Shown piece by piece: positions 57,329-64,000 of a DNA stretch of 64,000 bases. A program made the position numbers and the translations under genes. Source of the stretch: Candidatus Cloacimonadales bacterium. Lineage in GTDB: Bacteria > Cloacimonadota > Cloacimonadia > Cloacimonadales > JAIOQZ01. The stretch lies in NCBI GenBank assembly GCA_963674825.1, contig OY771587.1, forward strand, positions 1,600,001 through 1,664,000, in the 5' to 3' direction. The notes below the pieces were generated by a model that ran no database searches, was not told where the DNA came from, and saw only the letters and a program-made list of their open reading frames with translations. Each line of letters begins with the position of its first letter. The first letter of the stretch is position 1.

Positions 57329-58663
57329 TCAAGGATTCTTGATTTCCTTGATCAGCAGCTCGATTTGAATACGAAATTTATTGTCTGAACGGAACTGGTT
57401 TTCGATCATTTTCTTGGCGTGAAGCACCGTTGTGTGGTCCTTGCGCTTGTAATATTCCGCGATTTCCTTCAGCGATGCCTGTGGAATCAACAGATTGGAA
57501 AGATACATCGCCACCTGTCTCGGGAAGGCGATGTGCTTCTTACGCGTTTTATCGAAGAGCTGTGTAGGTGTGACGTTGTACATGTCGCACACCTTCTGCA
57601 TGATCGTATCGAGGTTGATATCGCGCACTTTTTCCGAGATCAGGTCGGAGAGGATCTCCTTGGCCAGATCGGGGTCGATATCTTCGGTATTGAGGTTGTT
57701 GTAAGATGCGTACGCAAGGATGCGGATCAACGATCCTTCCAGCGCGCGTACGTTGCTGGATACATATTCCGCGATGAAACCGATGACATCTTCGCGCAGG
57801 AAGATATCTTCGTTTTCGGCCTTTTTGCTCAGGATTGCCGCACGAGTCTCGAAATCGGGGCTCTTGAGGTCGGCCATCAGTCCCCACTCGAAACGGGTTA
57901 CAAGGCGTTTTTCGAGGTCATGGATATCCTTGAGCGGTCTGTCGCTGGTGATAACAATCTGCTTTTTATTCTCGTAGAGAGCGTTGAAGGTGTGGAAGAA
58001 AGTTTCCTGGGTACTTTCCTTACCGGCCAGGAAGTGGACGTCGTCCACCAGAAGAACATCGACATTACGGAACTTATTTCGGAACTCGGTCATGTTCTTG
58101 GTCTTCAGTGCTTCGATCATTTCGTTGGTGAATTCTTCGGCTGTTGTGTAATATACGTATCTGGAGCTCTGCTCTTCACCCAGAAAATTGCCGATAGCCT
58201 GCATGAGATGGGTTTTTCCCATACCCGATTCCCCATATATGAATAGTGGGTTGTAAGCGGTTCCTGGTGATTCGGCGACGGCCATTGAGGCAGAGTGTGC
58301 AAAGTTGTTGCTCTTACCCACTACGAATTGGTCGAAGGTGTATTTAGGGTTGAGCTTGCCGCTGCTCTGCTGTTGATTACCATTGAGCTTGAAGCTGCCG
58401 TTTTTCTGCTTCTTGAGCGGGTAATTGGTAAAGCGAACCTTATATTCTTTTTTATAGAGGTTGTAGGAGATTTCTGACAATAGAACCGTGTAATTCTGAT
58501 TCAGGAAATCGGCGGTAAATTTTGTAGGCACCTGAACCAGAAGGATATTGTTGTCGATATCGATCAGTTTTGTGTCGCTGAACCAAGTTTTAAAACTTTT
58601 CGGGTTGATATGATCTTCCAATGTATTTAAGACATTTTCCCATATATCCTGATCTCTTTCCAT
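57329..58663 (-). CDS. dnaA: chromosomal replication initiator DnaA
   Basis: LNPKYTFDQFVVGKSN, YNPLFIYGESGMGKTHL, LLVDDV, RFEWGL, NVRALEG, RQVAMYL, KDHTTVLHA. Confidence 0.98.
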   Translation of the reverse strand: MERDQDIWENVLNTLEDHINPKSFKTWFSDTKLIDIDNNILLVQVPTKFTADFLNQNYTVLLSEISYNLYKKEYKVRFTNYPLKKQKNGSFKLNGNQQQSSGKLNPKYTFDQFVVGKSNNFAHSASMAVAESPGTAYNPLFIYGESGMGKTHLMQAIGNFLGEEQSSRYVYYTTAEEFTNEMIEALKTKNMTEFRNKFRNVDVLLVDDVHFLAGKESTQETFFHTFNALYENKKQIVITSDRPLKDIHDLEKRLVTRFEWGLMADLKSPDFETRAAILSKKAENEDIFLREDVIGFIAEYVSSNVRALEGSLIRILAYASYNNLNTEDIDPDLAKEILSDLISEKVRDINLDTIMQKVCDMYNVTPTQLFDKTRKKHIAFPRQVAMYLSNLLIPQASLKEIAEYYKRKDHTTVLHAKKMIENQFRSDNKFRIQIELLIKEIKNP

Positions 58664-58699
58664 TAAGACTCCTCGGAATAATTTCTAACTCTGCGGATG

Positions 58700-59000
58700 T
58701 TTATCCACGAACTTATCCACAGAAAACCGACGGGATACGAAATACCTTAACTACATCAAATACAATATTTAAGAGCAAGCATTACAATAGGTACTCCTCG
58801 ACTTATCCACATCAGCACATGATGTGTCATCCCCGGCAAAGAAAGCTGGATGAGGCATGTATTAAAGCATAGAATTCCCATGACTGTTGTATCATGCTTT
58901 TCCCATCCACAATCAATAGATTGCATATTCAATCGGATCCGTCATTTACAAAGAACCAGGTCCTTCCGGCATCGACGAAACCAGTATTGTTATCCACTGC
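58700..59000. other. oriC part upstream of dnaA (DnaA box cluster)
   Basis: TTATCCACG 58701, TTATCCACA 58713 and 58803, TTATCCACT 58990. Confidence 0.8.
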
Positions 59001-59507
59001 ACGAGTCGTTTCAGACCCACACAACCTTTCAAGATTCTACATGACGAGATAATTTGTCAAGGCGCGTTTGTTTGATTTCTTCCATAGAAGAATCGAGACA
59101 AAATTGTTATAATATATTGAAATATATAAAATTATGTGAATTGGTAGTATTTTTGATTTTTTAGGATCATAAATTCTAATGTGATGAACCACATGGATCA
59201 ACCGATCTGTGAAGAATTCCTGTAAAAAAAATTTGGAAATGATGAATGGCATATTTTACGGACATGTAATGATCTATATATCAGTATGATAGGATTAATC
59301 TGGGGCATGAATACTCCTGTATATGTTGTTAGTTTCCTGAAATGATTGATGTTGTCGTGTCGACAGGTTTAATATTAACGAATATGAAAAAACAAAATAA
59401 ATAGATTAACTGAGTGTAGCGGAATAATGGCTATCGGGTTCAGCTTTTCAATTGACAGAAATTTCTGAACGAAAAGGATTGTGATACGAAAAAATAAGGA
59501 TACAAAA

Positions 59508-60833
59508 ATGTCGCCATCACATACAAGTAGATCAATAGAAATCGAGCATCCGGAAATCTTCAGAAGAAAGAGCAAGGTAAGCCTTGAGTCAATCAACCGG
59601 TTCGTCTTACTTGCATTTGCATTTAGCCCCATTATATCGATTGTTACGTGGGTATCGATTCAGATAAGTGGGAAGTTTTTATTCGCAACCATTATGATCG
59701 TATTGACCTTTATGAATATGTTGAATCCCAGGAAAAAAGGTAGTGGGTTAAAAAATTACTACTTCATTTTAGCGTTATTGATTGCATATCATCTTATCCT
59801 TGATATTGTTTACGGTCGAATATCCTTCGACAGAATCCAATTATTCGCATACAAGAACTGGGCTGTACAAACTCTTTGCGTTTTGTATCTTATTGATAAC
59901 ACGAAATTTAAAACAAAGAAAATACATTTATATGTCCGTTTCATGGTCATTGTTGCGATAATGGCCGTGGTTGTATCTTTTATTCAGATTAGGTTTGATA
60001 AGAATTTCCTCATTCAAAAGTATTACTATGAGGGACAATCAAATTACTCACTGGTTTCGGCTCAGTCGATCTATTCCTATATCGATAGGAATGCGATTGG
60101 ATTCGACTTTGTACCAATGATGGCTGCTTTAATAGGTTGGAGTGTTTTCTTTGGCAGGCAAAATCTGTATCTGATCAATGTTCTGATAGCCGGGTTCGTT
60201 TCGATGGCTTCTACAAGAAGGTACGTGATGTTGGCGGTCGTGGTCGCATTGTTTCAGTTTGTATTTATCAAGATGCATGCAAAAAAGAAGACATTATGGC
60301 TTATAGGTGTTGTATTTGGTGTATCGATTGTTATCATGCTTTTCTCATTTGTTTTTTCTGGTTCAGGATATTCGCTTGATAATTATTTACATAAAAGGAT
60401 TCTGTCAGAGTCTGCGATGTCTCGAATTGAGGCTTTTAGTTTGTTCAAAAAGCACTTCCCGCGAAACATCTGGCTGGGCACAGGTGGTGGACAGGATTTC
60501 GAATTGAAAACTGATATCCGTAGTGGATACACATCCCAGATTCATGTTGGGTACTTGTCATTCTTGTACCAGTATGGTATTTTTGGTGGAGTGCTATTCT
60601 TCATGTTTATCATTACGTTTCTAGTAAAATTGATTCGAGAGTCGAGTTATTCGAAATTCTATGGAGGATTGTTTGCTTTCATTGTTATCCTGGTAAATTA
60701 TGCAACATTGGTGCAGTTTTCATTACTATATACCGGTGTCGCATTCGGATTGATTCTGCACAAGTTCTTCTATGAGCAAAAGAAGCTCGAAGATGAACAG
60801 GCTCGGCTTCTATCAGTAGAAGTTGTCGAGTAA
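59508..60833 (+). CDS. O-antigen ligase/Wzy-like polytopic membrane protein
   Basis: About 11 TM segments, periplasmic loop SAMSR...WLGTGG...IHVGYL...YGIFG; noticeably AT-rich. Confidence 0.7.
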   Translation: MSPSHTSRSIEIEHPEIFRRKSKVSLESINRFVLLAFAFSPIISIVTWVSIQISGKFLFATIMIVLTFMNMLNPRKKGSGLKNYYFILALLIAYHLILDIVYGRISFDRIQLFAYKNWAVQTLCVLYLIDNTKFKTKKIHLYVRFMVIVAIMAVVVSFIQIRFDKNFLIQKYYYEGQSNYSLVSAQSIYSYIDRNAIGFDFVPMMAALIGWSVFFGRQNLYLINVLIAGFVSMASTRRYVMLAVVVALFQFVFIKMHAKKKTLWLIGVVFGVSIVIMLFSFVFSGSGYSLDNYLHKRILSESAMSRIEAFSLFKKHFPRNIWLGTGGGQDFELKTDIRSGYTSQIHVGYLSFLYQYGIFGGVLFFMFIITFLVKLIRESSYSKFYGGLFAFIVILVNYATLVQFSLLYTGVAFGLILHKFFYEQKKLEDEQARLLSVEVVE

Positions 60834-60887
60834 ATTCTATTGCTATACGTGATCAATGGTTATCCTTAGTCATTTTGGGAGGTACGT

Positions 60888-61769
60888 TTGAAAGGAATAA
60901 TACTTGCAGGGGGAAGCGGAACTCGTCTGTATCCAGCTACGAAAGCTGTAAGTAAGCAGCTTCTTCCCGTTCACGACAAACCCATGATCTACTATCCTCT
61001 GTCGGTGTTGATGCTTTCCAATATTCGTGATATCCTAATCATCTCAACTCCAGACGATTTGCCAATGTTCGAGAAGCTTCTAGGCGACGGAAGTGAATTC
61101 GGCTTACGATTAAGCTATAAAGAGCAACCACGCCCGGAGGGAATCGCCCAGGCATTCATTATCGGGAAAGAGTTTATCGGAGATGACGATGTGTGTCTTA
61201 TCCTCGGCGATAATATTTTCTACGGCGACAAGCTTAACCGTTATCTGACGAACGCGCTCAAGACTGTGGAGAACGACCGTAATGCGGTTGTGTTCGGCTA
61301 TTGGGTCAAAAACCCTCAGCGCTACGGCGTGGTTCACTTTGACGATGAGCAGAACGTGCTAGGGATCGAAGAGAAGCCAAAGGAGCCAAAATCGAACTAC
61401 GCGGTAGTAGGGCTCTATTTTTACCCTAACGATGTCGTGAAGGTGGCAAGCGAGATAAAGCCATCCATGCGAAACGAGCTGGAGATTACTGATGTCAACA
61501 AAGAGTATCTGGCCCAGAAGCGATTGCAGGTAGAGATCCTCGGTCGCGGTTATGCATGGCTTGATACCGGCACGCACGAATCTCTGGCAGATGCATCTGT
61601 GTTTGTGCGAGCATTCGAGGAGCGACAGGAGCTCAAGATTGGCTGCCCGGAAGAGATCGCGTTCAGGCAGAAATTCATCACTCGTGATCAGCTTCGAGCT
61701 CGGGCCGAGACAATGAAAAACAACCAGTACGGTCAATATCTGTATTCTCTACTCGAATGGATCAAATAG
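60888..61769 (+). CDS. rfbA: glucose-1-phosphate thymidylyltransferase
   Basis: [49 protein letters not shown]. Confidence 0.96.
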   Translation: MKGIILAGGSGTRLYPATKAVSKQLLPVHDKPMIYYPLSVLMLSNIRDILIISTPDDLPMFEKLLGDGSEFGLRLSYKEQPRPEGIAQAFIIGKEFIGDDDVCLILGDNIFYGDKLNRYLTNALKTVENDRNAVVFGYWVKNPQRYGVVHFDDEQNVLGIEEKPKEPKSNYAVVGLYFYPNDVVKVASEIKPSMRNELEITDVNKEYLAQKRLQVEILGRGYAWLDTGTHESLADASVFVRAFEERQELKIGCPEEIAFRQKFITRDQLRARAETMKNNQYGQYLYSLLEWIK

Positions 61770-61786
61770 CAGAAAAGGAAAGAGGA

Positions 61787-62821
61787 ATGAAAGATATTCG
61801 ATTCGCCCTTATCGGATGCGGAAGAATCTCGAAGAACCACTTTGAATCGATCAGAAAAATAGACCACGGTGAGATTATTGCTTGTGCCGATATCATAGAA
61901 GAGAGAGCTAAAGAATCTGCTGAACGATACGAGATCAAAAGCTACTATAAAGACTATATTGAGATGCTGGATAAAGAGAAGCCGGATGCGGCGATTATCT
62001 GCACACCCAGCGGAATGCACCCGGAGATGGGTATTGAAGCGGCCAATCGCGGCATTCACGTAATCACGGAAAAACCAATGGCCATCCAGCTCGATGATGC
62101 AGATAATCTGGTGAAGGCTTGTGACCGTAACCACGTTCTGTTGTTCGTGGTGAAGCAAAATCGCCTTAATACGACCATGCAACTTCTCAAGTCCGCAATC
62201 GACAAGGGACGCTTCGGTCGCATCTTCATGGTGCAGTCGAATATCTTCTGGCAGAGACCGCAAGAGTACTACGATCTTGCTAAATGGCGTGGAACCTGGG
62301 AGTTTGATGGTGGTGCGTTCATGAATCAGGCGAGCCATTACGTCGATGCCCTCCACTGGCTGATCGGTGAAGTGGATCATGTCCTTGCCGAAACTGCGAC
62401 CTTGGCACGCAGAATCGAGACGGAAGATACCGGATCTGCAATACTCAAATTCCGCAGCGGTGTGATTGGCACAATTAATGTAACCATGCTGACCTACCCA
62501 AAGAACTTCGAGGGATCGGTTATCGTGCTCGGTGAGAAGGGAACAGTCAAAATCGGTGGAATCGCGGTCAACAAGATCGAGAAATGGGAGTTCGATTCAT
62601 ACGATGACGACGACCGTATCGTGTCCGAATCGAATTACCAGCCGCCGAACATCTATGGATTCGGCCATATTCCGTACTACAAGAACGTTATCGACACGCT
62701 ACTCGGAAACACGGCTCCGCATACGGACGGTAGAGAAGGCAGGAAATCGCTCGAAATTATCCATGCGATATATCGCTCGGCCAAGACCGGTCAAAAGGTA
62801 GCACTACCGCTCGATTATTGA
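61787..62821 (+). CDS. Gfo/Idh/MocA oxidoreductase, WbpB/WlbA-like UDP-sugar 3-dehydrogenase
   Basis: IGCGRIS, TPSGMH, EKPMA, VVKQNR, WRGTWEFDGGAFMNQASHYVD. Confidence 0.85.
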   Translation: MKDIRFALIGCGRISKNHFESIRKIDHGEIIACADIIEERAKESAERYEIKSYYKDYIEMLDKEKPDAAIICTPSGMHPEMGIEAANRGIHVITEKPMAIQLDDADNLVKACDRNHVLLFVVKQNRLNTTMQLLKSAIDKGRFGRIFMVQSNIFWQRPQEYYDLAKWRGTWEFDGGAFMNQASHYVDALHWLIGEVDHVLAETATLARRIETEDTGSAILKFRSGVIGTINVTMLTYPKNFEGSVIVLGEKGTVKIGGIAVNKIEKWEFDSYDDDDRIVSESNYQPPNIYGFGHIPYYKNVIDTLLGNTAPHTDGREGRKSLEIIHAIYRSAKTGQKVALPLDY

Positions 62822-62901
62822 AGATTGCAGATATCCACGAAAAATCCTTGACACGAAACAGCGGTTTTTTGCATTGTTCCTAACACGTTATTGAATGATG
62901 T

Positions 62902-62978
62902 GGGTGATTAGCTCAGTTGGTTAGAGTACTTCGTTGACATCGAAGGGGTCACTAGTTCGAATCTAGTATCACCCACCA
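62902..62978 (+). tRNA. tRNA-Val(GAC)
   Basis: GGGTGAT/ATCACCC acceptor stem, CTTCG-TTGACAT-CGAAG anticodon arm, GTTCGAATC, encoded CCA. Confidence 0.95.
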
Positions 62979-63008
62979 CTTTTTTCATATACCTGCTATT
63001 TTTCGAGT

Positions 63009-63085
63009 GGGTGATTAGCACAGCTGGTTAGCGCGCATCGTTCACATCGATGAGGTCACTGGTTCGAATCCAGTATCACCCACCA
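63009..63085 (+). tRNA. tRNA-Val(CAC)
   Basis: GGGTGAT/ATCACCC acceptor stem, CATCG-TTCACAT-CGATG anticodon arm, GGTTCGAATCC, encoded CCA. Confidence 0.95.
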
Positions 63086-63583
63086 CTTAAACCAAACAAC
63101 TTATTTATTTGTAATAAGATACTAGTGTAAAGTTGTAAAGTGACTGTGTAAAGTGACACCTTCATTTTCCACTTTGTGACAGCATGATTTCCTTACTTCC
63201 GAAATGGAAGTGACAGGAAATGTTCTTAACTCCCGCACCATCAATCACATTCATGCAGTCACTTTCTCAAGTTGCAAGTGACGGCAGTCTTTCCATTGAA
63301 TCGTCCTGATTTTTTTTGCCGTTGTCAGTTAACTTAGTTTCCGGGCTGCAGGTAATCTGGCTCAACCAAGCCAGTTCCATCCTGAAGGGAAAGTAGTGGT
63401 TTTCCAGCATGATCGCGTTTCTCGCTTTGATCGGCGAAGTGCGGTTTATTTCAAGCCTATCCTGTTACTCCATACACTGCACTGATACTTGTTATGTGAA
63501 GAAATATATAGACACAGTTCTACCTGAAAACAATATTCACCGAGTACGATTCAGAAAATCAGTTTTTAAGTAACGGAGCAGCA

Positions 63584-64000
63584 ATGAGAAACAATGAAAA
63601 ATGGTTTCATAATCAGGTAAAGCAATATCAACAGGATCGAGAGAATTACATCCAATTGGCTGATGTGCTTCAGCAGATATTATTCCGAGCATCTGAGATA
63701 TATTCACCACTTGCCATCATACAGACAAGACCGAAGTCAGTATCGAGTTTCGCTGAAAAATGTCTGAGAAAAGCGGATAAATATATCGACCCGGTTCACC
63801 AGCTTACAGACCTCTGTGGTGGTCGAATTGTTTGCCACACCAATACGCAGGTGCAGCGCCTTTGCAGGTTCATCCTTGAAGAGTTTATTGTAGACAATGC
63901 CAATAGTCTGGATGCAGGTTCACGTTTGCGAAATGAGGAGTTCGGATATTTGTCGGTCCATTACATCGTTGAAATAGATAACGAGAAGATTCTTGGGATT
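63584..64000 (+). CDS. RelA/SpoT-like nucleotidyltransferase domain protein, 3' end runs off the window
   Basis: Not in the ORF track. GGAG SD, then MRNNEKWF...TRPKSVSSFAEK...TDLCGGRIV...FGYLSVHYIV, matching the R-x-K, D-x-x-G-x-R and GY-x-S-x-H synthetase motifs; open to the window end. Confidence 0.8.
   Translation, partial: MRNNEKWFHNQVKQYQQDRENYIQLADVLQQILFRASEIYSPLAIIQTRPKSVSSFAEKCLRKADKYIDPVHQLTDLCGGRIVCHTNTQVQRLCRFILEEFIVDNANSLDAGSRLRNEEFGYLSVHYIVEIDNEKILGI

Noticed and set aside
63385..63430. Transposase remnant (minus strand KARNAIMLENHYFP)
   Set aside because: Resemblance to an IS integrase-core segment covers only 14 aa and cannot be supported without a search

Overview
Bacterial chromosome segment of moderate GC that contains the replication origin. 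Three secreted proteins end in an N(Y/H)PNPFNP FlgD-Ig/secretion-tail domain and there are several B12 radical SAM enzymes, which suggests an anaerobic FCB-group organism such as Ca. Cloacimonadota (inference, not checked by search). From left to right: a PTS-EIIA/cation antiporter/rarA/DAGK block and a GT4 gene; an 18-kb, 16-gene type II PKS/FAS lipid cluster (5473-23462) that combines aryl-polyene/flexirubin-type genes with three tandem cobalamin radical SAM enzymes reminiscent of ladderane-candidate clusters; an M23 peptidase; a TetR-led operon for a secreted FGE/C-lectin-fold protein; two mosaic tandem paralogs; a YedE/TusA/desulfurase/DUF3343 selenium-type module; housekeeping genes (lnt, recJ, RNase P RNA, nadC); a sigma54 module made of a pseudokinase-helical repeat-GAF-AAA+ activator, four copies of a 17-bp palindrome and a sigma54-driven operon; an FG-GAP protein; a MacB-type permease; pgpA and PPIases; dnaA with DnaA-box clusters on both sides and a B. 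subtilis-like unwinding element; three polysaccharide genes; two tRNA-Val genes; and a probable island edge with a RelA/SpoT-domain gene. REP-like palindromes appear inserted in frame in three coding sequences, and there are several candidate sigma54-dependent small RNAs. All calls come from reading motifs by eye; no database search was run.
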